This document shows positions 25,527-36,732 of a stretch of 64,000 nucleotides of DNA, piece by piece. Location: contig ML992511.1 of assembly GCA_010093995.1 (NCBI GenBank), positions 233,917-297,916 of the forward strand. Reading direction: 5' to 3'. The notes beneath the pieces were generated by a model, which worked only from the letters and a program-made list of their open reading frames with translations, did not search any database and was not told the origin of the DNA. How positions within the stretch are numbered: the first letter of the stretch is position 1; each line of letters begins with the position of its first letter. The position numbers and the translations under genes were made by a program. This stretch comes from Elsinoe ampelina (lineage: Eukaryota).

Positions 25527-27980
25527 ATGAAGTGCGATCGACGGACTGCCATCATGGTTCAAGACCTTGCAGCACAAATCGAAGCGAGTCGCAAGTCTCG
25601 GCTTCAGAATCCTTTGACAGAAGGGTGGGATGGCGCTAAGCTCTGTGGTATCCTGAGGACTCTGGATGCACTCAAAGAAGGATGGAATAAAGCGCCACTG
25701 CTTGCATTCTCTCCAGACTACGACAGTACCGCGCTCGACGTGGTAGCCGCCATGCAGGAAACGGGTATCTTCCGCTTCAATAACGGTATACTCATGCCAG
25801 AAGATAAGCCCGGTAACTGGCCTTTCCACCTGAAAGACTTTGAGCGGCGTGCCGTGGTAGCGAAAGGTGCTAGGGTAGGGCTAAGTCCCGAAGAGGTGAC
25901 AGGATACGTGTGTGGGGCCAGTGAAGCTCACCAATACTGCATACGCGCGGTGCGCGACAGAATTCTCCAGCAGGCACCAAATGCTAAAGTGACACTGCTG
26001 AGTGGGCAAAGAGCGCATAGCGGTGTTGGAGTTACTGCCGAGGTGCTGGGAATGCCACATGTGCGGGTGAAATGCAACTCGTCGGGATCGATGCGACGGG
26101 ATCACCTGGACGAAACGCTCCGAGGGATCAGCAGTGCCGTCATTGTAGTGGTGACATGGGCAAATGTCGCGGGTGGCGGCTACGACGATGCTCGTGCCGT
26201 AGCAGAGAGAATGGAGGAAACCAGACGGCGCACTTGCCTACCAGTATCACTACATCTCGATGCCAGCCGTTGCTTCGACGACGTTACAACCATGAGCGAA
26301 GCCCAGCGAGAGGAGCTTGGACTTCCAGAGGTCCGGATGAAAGATTGTGGGCCACACGCAGTGAAATTCGACACGATCGCAGCTGGTGGCGTCACACTTG
26401 GTGGGATGGGGACGGAGCTCGTCGTGGCACTGAATAATCAGAACAACGTTGGACACGGCTCTTACGTTGAGTATATCGCTGGCCACGACAGTACCATCTC
26501 CGGTTCTCGGGATGCCCTTTCTGGTGCTATGGTCGCTTTGCATGAAGAGTGGTTCGTGCAAGCAAAGGTCAACAGTACATACGATAGGCGCCGACGACTT
26601 CGAAGAGAGTTGATGACCGGCCTGGAAATTCTAGGCATTCCTCTCCGGTACGATAAGATAGGACTGGATGTCGTTCTCGGACCCCACCCACGGTTACCAT
26701 GGGAGATACTCGATATTTGGGGCGCACGCTTGCTCGACGACGGTTCAGCCATGCTGACTGTCAATTCAGCGGCCAACGAAGATACGGTCCGTTCATTGAT
26801 CCACTCGTTCGAATCGAATCAACCCCCACAGTCCCATGACGTTGATGTGGCGAAAAGCGTAGCTCGACCCCATGTGGTCGACATCATGCTTGAACGGCTT
26901 CGAAAGACGGCAGAGCGCTGGAGACTGCAGGCCGTTCGCTCGTGTGGCTATCCTGGGAATCACTCGACGCTTTCATTGCTCGGTCCAGTTGTAGGACATG
27001 CTCTTAGCTCGCCCATACCTCGCAAGTGGTTGGATGATAAGGCTCGAGCGCTATTGAAGGATACCTGCACAGCCCTTGAAGTGGCAGATCATTCTCAAGT
27101 TAGGGCAGCATTTACAACTGGGAGTACCGCAAGCAATCGCGTTGGCATACTCACGGCGCTTCGAAAGTATCCTCATGCTTGCGTGTACACGTCACAAGCC
27201 GCCCATTACTGCGTCGCCAAGATCATGTCTGATGTTGGGCGGATCTCGCACCTGAAGACGATCGCCACCGACGCCCTCGGCAGGATTAGACCCGAAGCAT
27301 TTGCGATGCAACTGGAGCTGGATCAGCTATCGGCGAAAGCAAAAGGCGTACCATCAGCCTCGATACTCGTGGCTAACTATGGGACGACATTCATGGGAGC
27401 TACTGATGATATCGAAGCTCTATGCGAAGCTTCAGAGGCGGTAGGATGTTCGATAGATCACATCCACTTAGACGGGGCCCTCATGCTGGGAGCAGACATG
27501 TCGAGGTACACGCTTGGTCCGTCCCGCAAATCCCCGCGGGATCCCGACACTGGTCGCTTGGTCGTTCAAGGGATATCTGCCAGTCTGCACAAATTCCCTG
27601 GATTATCTGTCGCAGGTCAGGTTGTGTGTTGGAAGCCAGTCAATGGTAGACTCGTGGCGAACGACGAAAGACTGCAAGCGAAACACATTGTGGAAATGTG
27701 GATCTATAACCAGCTCGTGTCTCCGGAACAGTCTCGAATGCTCTATGATCATTGCTTGAACCTTGCGCGCAGGCTGCGGGAGCGATTGGAGCACGGCGGT
27801 CGACGATTGTTGTATAATCCGGAGTCTATCGTTACAGTCCTGGAACGTCCTCCGGATTGGGTTGTTGAGAGATATAATTTATCCGCGCAGGGTAAATGGG
27901 CACACTTCATAACGATGCCGCATGTTAGCGAGGCTGTTGTGGACGAGTTCGTTGCTGTTGTGAGCAGATGCACAATTTAA
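25527..27980 (+). CDS. Tandem two-domain group II PLP-dependent decarboxylase (histidine/serine decarboxylase-like)
   Basis: Intronless ORF, open from 25473, first ATG at 25527. Domain 2 has GYPGN, TTGSTASN, AHYCVAK, NYGTTFMGATDD, HLDGAL and SLHKFPG. Domain 1 has FNN, GYVCGASEA, AHSGV, YDD, HLDAS and VEYIAGHDSTISGSRD. Confidence 0.8.
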   Translation: MKCDRRTAIMVQDLAAQIEASRKSRLQNPLTEGWDGAKLCGILRTLDALKEGWNKAPLLAFSPDYDSTALDVVAAMQETGIFRFNNGILMPEDKPGNWPFHLKDFERRAVVAKGARVGLSPEEVTGYVCGASEAHQYCIRAVRDRILQQAPNAKVTLLSGQRAHSGVGVTAEVLGMPHVRVKCNSSGSMRRDHLDETLRGISSAVIVVVTWANVAGGGYDDARAVAERMEETRRRTCLPVSLHLDASRCFDDVTTMSEAQREELGLPEVRMKDCGPHAVKFDTIAAGGVTLGGMGTELVVALNNQNNVGHGSYVEYIAGHDSTISGSRDALSGAMVALHEEWFVQAKVNSTYDRRRRLRRELMTGLEILGIPLRYDKIGLDVVLGPHPRLPWEILDIWGARLLDDGSAMLTVNSAANEDTVRSLIHSFESNQPPQSHDVDVAKSVARPHVVDIMLERLRKTAERWRLQAVRSCGYPGNHSTLSLLGPVVGHALSSPIPRKWLDDKARALLKDTCTALEVADHSQVRAAFTTGSTASNRVGILTALRKYPHACVYTSQAAHYCVAKIMSDVGRISHLKTIATDALGRIRPEAFAMQLELDQLSAKAKGVPSASILVANYGTTFMGATDDIEALCEASEAVGCSIDHIHLDGALMLGADMSRYTLGPSRKSPRDPDTGRLVVQGISASLHKFPGLSVAGQVVCWKPVNGRLVANDERLQAKHIVEMWIYNQLVSPEQSRMLYDHCLNLARRLRERLEHGGRRLLYNPESIVTVLERPPDWVVERYNLSAQGKWAHFITMPHVSEAVVDEFVAVVSRCTI

Positions 27981-28039
27981 GATTGCCTTGTTGCGTGAGT
28001 ATAAAGGCAAACGCTGTAAAGTGACAATGTTAAGTTGTG

Positions 28040-28205
28040 TGTAGGGGGGAAAAGCATTTATTACTACCTAATCCACCAAAATTAGGTAGATTATAAATAG
28101 TTTACTATACTATGATACCTTTTTTTTAGCTTTAAAAATTAAGTAATTAACAACAATTACGACTACAATCTATCTAGACTTCTGGCTAGCTAAATTTTAG
28201 TAATG
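28040..28205. repeat. Short AT/TpA-rich relic (RIP-like) downstream of the decarboxylase
   Basis: Abrupt AT-rich patch containing the 9-bp inverted repeat CTACCTAAT..ATTAGGTAG. Confidence 0.45.
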
Positions 28206-28796
28206 CAGCGTCGACAACGATCGCGCCAAGCCTGGGGGTGGCTCGTTTGAACTGAAAAGCCCTGTATACCCCGCGCTCCGCACGTTTTAGATGACAGCAT
28301 TCCCCACACGATGCAGGCCTTACCCAATGACAACAGCCACGGTCTTGGAGCTTGTTCTTCACTACTTCTAGCGCCTTGCCGGTTGAAGCTTTGCTCGCGC
28401 CGATCCTACCAGCTCTGCAGCTCTATACTCGTTCCCAGCAGACCAGACAACGTCACACCGTGCACCGCGTCGGCATTTGACAGGCTCTCTGACTCTACGT
28501 TACGGAAGTAGCTCGGAGGCATGGCCGAAGGTTGCTGAACAAGCAAAAGATCAGCCCCAGTACTCGGTCCGACTGGTACTATGGTTCTAGCTATGCATGA
28601 TTCCGTCTCGCTAGTAGCGCAAAAGAAAGTCTACCAGTGGGTACTGCCCATCGCTCCGACGAAGGAAGTCAGAGGGAAGAGCTTTGAAAAGATTTTTTGA
28701 AGTACAAAAGGTGACCTCACCTCGCTGTATGTAAGTCGGGAGATCAGCATCGATTCTACATTCTTCTCTTCCTGCTTCTACACCATCACGCAAATC

Positions 28797-30425
28797 ATGG
28801 CTCCATACACTGTCCTCGGGGGCATTGTCACCCTCGCCTCTCCTGCTGCTGCTTTCTTGACCAATGGATTGGCGGTCACTCCTCAGATGGGATGGGTAGG
28901 TCTCCATCCTCGGCCAAGTACTACAAGCACTGACCCCTCGCACCAGAACAACTGGAACACCTTCGGCTGCGACGTCAGCGAAGACCTGCTCGTCAGCACC
29001 GCCCGCACCCTCGTTGACCTCGGCCTCCGCGATACAGGCTACAACTACGTAGTCCTAGACGACTGCTGGTCCGAAGGCCGCTACCCTAATCGCACCCTCC
29101 GCCCTGACTTCCGCAAGTTCCCCAACGGCATGGCGCACGTCGCCAACGCCATCCACAACCTCGAAATGAAGTTCGGCATGTACTCCTCCGCGGGAAAGTA
29201 CACCTGCGCACAATACGAGGGCTCCCTCGGCTTCGAGAAGGAAGACGCAAGCACCTGGGCCTCATGGGGTGTAGATTACCTGAAATACGACAACTGCTAC
29301 AACGAGGGCCAAACAGGCAACCCCCAGACGACTTTCAACCGCTACGCCGCCATGTCCCGCGCCCTCAACGAAACCGGCCGACCTATCCTCTACTCCATGT
29401 GCAACTGGGGCGAGGACGCGCCGTGGGCTTGGGCACAGACGATTGCCAACTCCTGGCGGGCGACGGGGGATATCACGGATAGCTTCGACAGGCCGGATCC
29501 GAGGTGTCCTTGTACGGGGGATGAGGGGTATGATTGTGTTCTGCCGGGGTTTCACTGCAGTATCATGAATATTTTGAATAAGGTGGCGAGTTTTCCCAGT
29601 AAGGCCCAGCCGGGGGCGTGGAATGATTTGGACATGCTGGAGGTGGGGAATGGGGGGATGAATGATGTGAGTATAATCTATCAGCTGAGAATTGCTACCT
29701 ACCCCTGAGTGAGCAAAATCGGAGTGAGCAAATCTGAAAAATGCTCCGATCACTTTGAAAGTTCGCTGGCTGACCCTACACCCTCACAGGAGGAGTATAA
29801 GCTACACATGACTGCCTGGGCGGGCCAGAAATCGCCCATGCTCATCGGCTCGGACGTCCGCAAGCTCTCCCCATCAGCCTACAGCATCTACACCAACCCC
29901 GCCATCCTCGCCATCAGCCAAGACCCCCTGGGCAACGCCGCCGTGCGCCGCTGGCGCTACTACGTCCCCGAGGTCGACGAGTACGGCCAAGGCGAGATCA
30001 GCCTGTGGGTCGGCAACCTCTGGGCGGACAACACGCTTGTCATCCTCCTCAACGCAGGCAACGTCGACCGTCTCATGCACACGTCCCTCGCGGAAATCTA
30101 CTACGACAACGGCGCCGAACGCTCCACGCAGGCTCAGCGCTCGTACGACCTCTTCGATCTGTGGGGGAACCGCATGCCGAATGCCACGGCGGAGCAGGTT
30201 TTGAATAGTAACTCGACAGAAGGCGTGGCTGATTTGGGGAATTATTGGTTCAATGCTACGGCGAGTACTTACGCGGACGCGCTTGCTAGGAATGATAGTT
30301 TGGTCTTGGGTAAGCAGGTGGGTACTGTGGAGGCGCTGGGGACGATTTCGGCCATGGTGCCGAAGCATGGGGTTGTGGCTTATAGGTTGAGGCCGGTGAG
30401 GGGAGCGGTGAGGGATGAGTTGTGA
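28797..30425 (+). CDS. Alpha-galactosidase, glycoside hydrolase family 27
   Basis: Signal peptide; introns 28896-28946 and 29667-29789. TPQMGW|NNWN, LDDCW, DYLKYDNC, SWRATGDI, WNDLDMLEVGNGG. Ends in RDEL. Confidence 0.95.
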
Positions 30426-30429
30426 GGAA

Positions 30430-30481
<52 letters not shown>
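30430..30481 (+). repeat. Poly-G homopolymer of about 52 nt
   Basis: Uninterrupted G run starting 5 nt after the GH27 stop codon. Confidence 0.9.
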
Positions 30482-31199
30482 CGTTATGATGTTATGATTT
30501 AGGTAGGGGGAAAAAGTGAATGTAATGTGTTTGCATAGTAAAGGGTGTGGTGTCGGGTAGTGCACTTCGGGTCGGGGATGGGGGAGGATAATGGGCATTG
30601 CACGGCTCACAGTGATGTCTTCATGAGCGACACTATGCAGACCATCAATGAAGTATGAGTTACGATTGAGATGTGTCGTTGGATCAAATGAGCATAGAAG
30701 ATTGCTCCATGGAGGTGGCTGGTTCGCCGTTGGACCCTGCACCGGACTAGATTGGAAATTGCTGAGCGGCTGGTAGTTTCAAGTACCTCGGCTATGAGTC
30801 TGGGACGAGCAAATGAATCAGATGTCAATTTCATGTCGAGCTTGAGACTGTGATCATGTCATTATTCGATAAAGAGGAGATGAAAGTGACAAAGCCATTT
30901 CAAAGCCATTTCACATGCTCGGCAAAGTTCCCCACTCGAACCAGGGCGGATCAATGCCGATGCCGCAAGCCTCTCTTCCGAATGCCGTTGACGTTTCTTC
31001 GGGCCAGCATCGAGTGGTTGCATCACTAAGCAGGACCCCATTAAGTTATTCCCTTCTCCCACGGCCGAACACTTTCTCAGTCATTCGGAAAGTCCGTCAC
31101 TGCCATTGCTCACTACCACGTCTTGTTTCCTCACCACACAACCCAGCATACCATGTCCCGATAGCGACTCTTCCACTCCCGCGAACCACCAATCCCACA

Positions 31200-32389
31200 A
31201 TGGCCGATTTCCCCGCCCACGCCTCGCCGGGCCTTCCTCCCCTCGCATCCCCCTCGGCCCACGCCAACCACTTCCACCTCGACACGCCCGACCACCGCAC
31301 CGCCCCTCCCCTCGTCACACCAAGCTACACACCCCCCCTCACCCCCAACGGCACCCAACCCTCCTTCATCCGCCCCTCGCCCACCGACCCCACATCTCCG
31401 TCCACCTCCACCACCGACCCTACCCCCAGCCTCCCTCCTCTCCCAGAAGTATGGTGCGAAGTCCGCGCCCGCATCCCCACCACCGCAGGGCAAGAAATGT
31501 TCCTCCACCTCTACCACAACAACGTCGACAACAAGGAGCACCTCGCCATCGTCTTCGGGCCACATATCCGGTCCAAGTCCCTCGATGCGCCGCGCGAAGG
31601 GGAGACGGAGAGGGACAGGATGATTCGAGGCGCTTACACGGGCACTCTATTCCCCGGTCGGACGAAGAGTCGGGTCGAGGAGATCCGGCGGGAGGCGGGC
31701 GTGAGGGACGAGGAGGCACGGCTGGCGAAATTGGGGCCTGCGTTGGTGAGGATCCATTCGGAATGTTATACTGGAGAGACGGTGTGGAGCGCGAGGTGCG
31801 ATTGCGGGGAGCAACTTGACGAGGCGGCGAGGTTGATGAGCGAGCTCTGCACCGACGCAGAGGGGAAGGTGAAGGAGGCCGGCGAGGAGGTGGCGCAGGA
31901 AGGCAAGGAAGGGGAGCACAAGCATAAGTGGCAAGTGGAGCCATCATTGGGTGGTGTGATTGTGTATCTGCGCCAAGAGGGGAGAGGGATCGGGTTGCTG
32001 GCGAAACTGCAGGCGTATAACCTCCAGGATTTGGGGGCGGATACTATGCAGGCGAACTTGATGCTGCGGCATCCGGCGGACGCGAGGTCGTATGGGCTTG
32101 CCACGGCGATGTTGTTGGATCTGGGGCTGGGAGGGGACAAGGGGATTAGGTTGTTGACGAACAATCCTGACAAGGTGCGGGCTGTGGAGGGGCCGGGGAG
32201 GGAGGTGACGGTTGTGGAGAGGGTGCCGATGATACCGTTGGCGTGGAAGACGGGTGGGAAAGAGGGGATTAAGAGTAAGGAGGTGGAGAGGTATATCAGT
32301 ACAAAGGTGAGTGGCTGTGATGTGGGTTTTGTGAGTGGTATGCTGATGTGTGATAGATTGAGAAATTCAAGCATATGTTTAGCGAGTAG
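31200..32389 (+). CDS. RIB1: GTP cyclohydrolase II (riboflavin biosynthesis)
   Basis: [49 protein letters not shown]. Intron 32307-32356. Confidence 0.95.
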
Positions 32390-32689
32390 ACATTGGTCTC
32401 GCTCAACATCGTCTCCGGCATATTCCAGCGCTTCTTGTCCAAACTATACACCGTCGATATACGTCCGACATAGATACCCAAGTGGCGGATCTCGATGCCA
32501 CAATATATCAGAATCTCAAGAACCTACACACAAACTCGATCTTCTACGTGGAATTGACAAATGGAATACACTGGATGCCTACACCAAGTGGAATCTCCCC
32601 GACATGTGCCACCAGCACCGCCACTCCCGCCAGCACTCGCCACCCACCCAAAAGCCAGGGTATATATTTAATCTTATTCTCCCCCTTCA

Positions 32690-32986
32690 CAAGTCGAGCC
32701 GTGGCCTCCAGGTGGTGGAGAGGGGGGGGGGCCCGCGTCAGACCACGGTCTGGCGCACTCAAGACTGCCAAAATCAAACCAGCAGAAGCCTCATCATCCG
32801 CGAACAAGAGGAGGACGAGGGTTCGACTCCCCCTAAAGAGAGTGCAAAAACATTTGAGCGCGCGGGTCCGCACCGCAATACAGAAAGATGCGCATAATTA
32901 TTCACAGCAAAAACATAATAGGTCGGGATTCAGGGGTTCGCGACCGAGCAGCGAGTTTGGGGATCCTCGAGAGAGGAGTCTTTTTT
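32690..32986. ncRNA. Candidate structured non-coding RNA, family not identified
   Basis: Nested stems, upstream TATATATTTAA, internal GGTTCGACTCC, terminal GAGA-tetraloop hairpin followed by T6. Confidence 0.3.
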
Positions 32987-34107
32987 GCTGGGTGGGAGGG
33001 GGGCCTGTTTTTGCAGTGCTGGCAGAAGGCATGGTAAGTCATGGATAGTCTGCAGGGATTGACGATGATTATCGTTTTTGAGGGAGAAGGTGGCGAGGCT
33101 GCGATATCAGGATCTGCACACCTGCGCAGTCACTGTCCACTTCGACTCTACAACAATTCGGTCAATGATGCCGAGAGGAGCCGCGACCGTAAAGAAGGGG
33201 GATAGATTCAACTACCACACCGAGCTAATCGATGCGACACTTCAATGTGATACATGAAGCCCATCGTGTCCAGCACTGCTGGCCAGCTCACGCCCTGCAA
33301 TCGCACTACATTCGTTATACACCAAGCCCTTCTCAACTCAAGCCCCCTCCCTTAAAAGCACCATGATGGTCCCTCCGAACCCAAGCGCAAAGACGACAGG
33401 ATTGATGGCCGCTCAAGACCGACCGGCACACTCTCCCCTCAAGACTGACCAGCGCCCTGGCCCCTCTCTCTTCCAGAACTACATCTATGAGGAAACACAG
33501 CGCAAACCAACCGCACTGTCTCGCCGCCGTCTGGAATCCGACAACCCTGCCGGTATCCCAGTAGTCCAGCACAGTGACTGTCCCGCTCTCTCTCAGCGTT
33601 ATCAGCCACTCGCTTGCAACGAAGAGAAGCGCTCGGCACGCACAGAAGAGTAGTTCCATAACGTCGATCGTGGAGGTGGTGAAAACAGGCCAATGAGGTT
33701 ACAGCTGGGGAAAGGGTGTGCAGGGTCGATCAAGGGAGATTGGACACTTTGAACGGGGGAAGATGGGCGAGCCGAGGTCGGTACGAGATATGTTTGTCGG
33801 GCGAGATATCGCTGGTGCTCTTGGTGAGGCTCACACGGCACCACGTTGCGAAGGGCAAGATCTGGGAATACCGTACCTCTCCGGTGGTACAGTCGGCCGG
33901 GGGACACGTGGTACCTGATCCCGCGCCACCGTGTCTGCGCAAGCAGAGATTTGGGAAATATACATGCATAAACCCGTAACTCGCGAATGGCACACCGCAA
34001 CGCTTCTGCAGATGCGACGCCTGAAGCCCATGAACAGACGTTGCTATCCCTGCTACCAACGCACAAGTCGCTACCTCGACCCGTGTACCCCATGTCCCCA
34101 CGCGCTT

Positions 34108-36282
34108 CTACCTCCCCGTCCCACCCCACCTCCCATCCAACCCCTCCACCTCCCCTCCCCACCTCCCATTCCCCATCGAAACCCAAACCCCACCCACCCT
34201 CTCCATCCCCCCCGCCGGCGCCTGCCTGTTCAACTCCCCTTTATTCGAACTAGTCATTAATTGCAACACCCCCTGGCCCCTCTCCCTCCTCCCCCTCCTC
34301 TTCGCCTCCCTCTTCTCGTCCTCCTCATCCCCCTTGCTCGTGAGAGTAAGCACCTCATCGCGGTACTTGTCGGTCAGAGAATCGAGCCGTATTTCCACGA
34401 CGCTATTCTCCAGACCCATGTAGATGAATGGTGAAAAGGGCGAGGGGGAGGAGAGGCTGTAGACCGGCCCATCGCGGTGGGTGGCCTGGCGGGGGATGTA
34501 GAGGTTGTAGGAGGAGGATTTGGGTGGTTGGGTGGAGAGGGGGGAGGCGCGGAGGGTGTGTAGGTTGGTAGGAGAGAGACGGCGGGATGGTGCGTCTTTC
34601 CAGGGGATGGGGATGGAGGTTGGGTCGGGGTGGGTGGTTGGCAGGGATGAGGGGTTGGGATCGGGCGAGTCTTCGTCGTCGATGATGGGGTGGGGTTGGA
34701 GGAGGGCGCCCCGGAAGCGGAGGTCGAAGATCTTGCAGACGTTGTGGCGGGCGGCGCCGGCGAAGATGTGTGCGTTGGGGCGAGGGAGGAGGGAGTAGAT
34801 TGGTCCGTCTTCTTGGCTGTCGAGGAAGAGTTGGACTGGATTTGAGGAGCGGGTATCGTGGATCCTGTGAGGTGGTTAGAAGTGATGGCTGGTGGTAGGA
34901 ACAGGGTCTATAGGGGCGCACCTGACGAATCCATCGTATCCTCCACTGGCAAAGACTCTACCATCGCCGTCCCACAGTGGCTCGACTGGGTAGACGGACT
35001 TGGGCGTCACGCGCCCGTGGGTATTGTTCCGATCGAGAATACTGAATTTCGATACCGGCACATCAGATAAGCCGTCAGGTCGGACCTGGTAGATATGAAT
35101 GGGCTGCAAGGAGGGCCCTAGGCTCACAGCAAGCAGTCGAGGGTTTAGGAAGGATGTCCTCCAGGCTCGGATCCCATCATCAGCAAGACGCTGATCTGCC
35201 ACAGGTTGGACGACTTGCGGTACTGCATCTTTACTGGCTGTGGTTCCAGCATCTCGCGTATCGGTGACCGGATGAAGGCAAAGTGACAAGTCTGCAAGTA
35301 TTGTGGCGAGAAGAGACGGCTCAGTCGAGTCACTCGTTTGTGAAAGGCTGGCAGACTGCACCGGTCTGGCGCCGGTGTTGAAGACCTGGCGAACGATATT
35401 GAAAGGCTCCGGCGAATGAGATATCCGTGCGGAAATATACTGCAGTGATCCAGCCGCAGTACCTACCAGGAGCTGTTCATCATACGGTGAAGAGCCTCCG
35501 ATGTGGTTCAAGAGCTTGACGTAGGTGATGTCGTCCACGCCCTCTTTGGCGCCTGGGGGTCGATATGTGGCCCATCTACTGGAGTACAGTGCCTGGACAG
35601 TTGAGTTGTTCTGACGATGAGGTCTCTGTCTGACCCTCAGTACCAGTTCAGAACCAGCGCTGTATGCCAGAACCTCCTTGCGGTCGGTCCACTTGTCGCC
35701 GATGATGCACTCATAGCTGTCAATCACTGGCGTGAATCCCATAGTCTGACCCTTGGGTAACTTCCATTTCGTTGTTTGCTTTGGCGTGACAATTGATTGT
35801 CTGGTCTCGGATTGCGTGGAGGAATCAGATCTTGCAGGTGAATGCCCGGGCGTGGACCGGAAGAGGCGTGATCCTGGATAATGTCTGCTCAATCGTTCTG
35901 GATCATCCTCATCCTTGGATACAGTAGCCTCAGTCTCTGGCTGAAGCTGAACAATGTCGCCGGACGGCTGGATGAACATTGCCTGGAATGCTCGCCGGTC
36001 CAGGTTCCGATTTGTCGTCAGCAACGACCTTGCAATCTCTCTCCATGGTGGGTGGGGCGTCGTCTTATCGCTTGTCCCTCCGTTGCCGATGACACTCTTG
36101 AGTGAGAAAGAAGGAAAGGTCTCGGCTACAAAGACTTGCCAGCCATTCGTGTCGACCAGAGTCCTGAGCGACTTCGATGTTTGCGAGAGTGCCCCCACCG
36201 ACTTGGCCTGCTCGACATACGATAAGATATATGCGAATACTTCGGGTGGTAGTTCTTCAAGCTTGCTGTGCTTGATGCTCAT
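34108..36282 (-). CDS. F-box protein with WD40-like repeats
   Basis: N-terminal LEELPPEVFAYILSYV F-box. ASGGYDGFVR|IHDTR across intron 34921-34865. IYSL, CKIFDLR and VYSLSSPSP in exon 2. Confidence 0.8.
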
Positions 36283-36732
36283 ATTGATATGCTATGTGAG
36301 ATTTCGATCAAGTTATTTTTGTTGTTGGGAGACATTGTGTATTGTGAAAGTGTCAAGGATGATGTCAGAAAACAGCGAACAGAATGTCAAATGGACTTAT
36401 GTTTTTTCATCGCCATGACTGATCCTCACCACATGGAAATCGACTCATACTTCAGGCCCGATGTTGTCTGTGCATCGAGGAATATGGTCGAGTCATCGGA
36501 GCATTCACATTGAGTAGAAACACGTGACATGCGGGGTACGCATAACCAAGATAAACGTTATCTTTATCGATGTGTAAACACCCGGCAAGCTCAAGGTAAA
36601 GTATAAAGATGCCAACACATCCCCGGTCTACCATTCTGTAGGATCACCCGCTTGACCTCCTCCTCGTCGCCTGATATCACCGTAGCATAAAACCACTCCG
36701 ATCACTACCAGCACCCCACCTCCTTCGCAGAC

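Noticed and set aside
32755..32845. tRNA-like segment (GCACTC/GAGTGC stem with GGTTCGACTCC)
   Set aside because: Extra bases lie between the T-arm and the acceptor strand, and there is no convincing D-arm or anticodon arm. Kept only as part of the ncRNA candidate.
30915..32897. 660-aa extended RIB1 ORF
   Set aside because: Artefact of reading through the 32307-32356 intron and of an upstream open frame. The spliced gene ends at 32389.
33363..33653. 96-aa ORF
   Set aside because: No recognisable domain or host-like codon bias, so it cannot be supported.
32400..34100. Possible telomerase RNA in the convergent gap
   Set aside because: No CTAACCCTAA-type template found on either strand.
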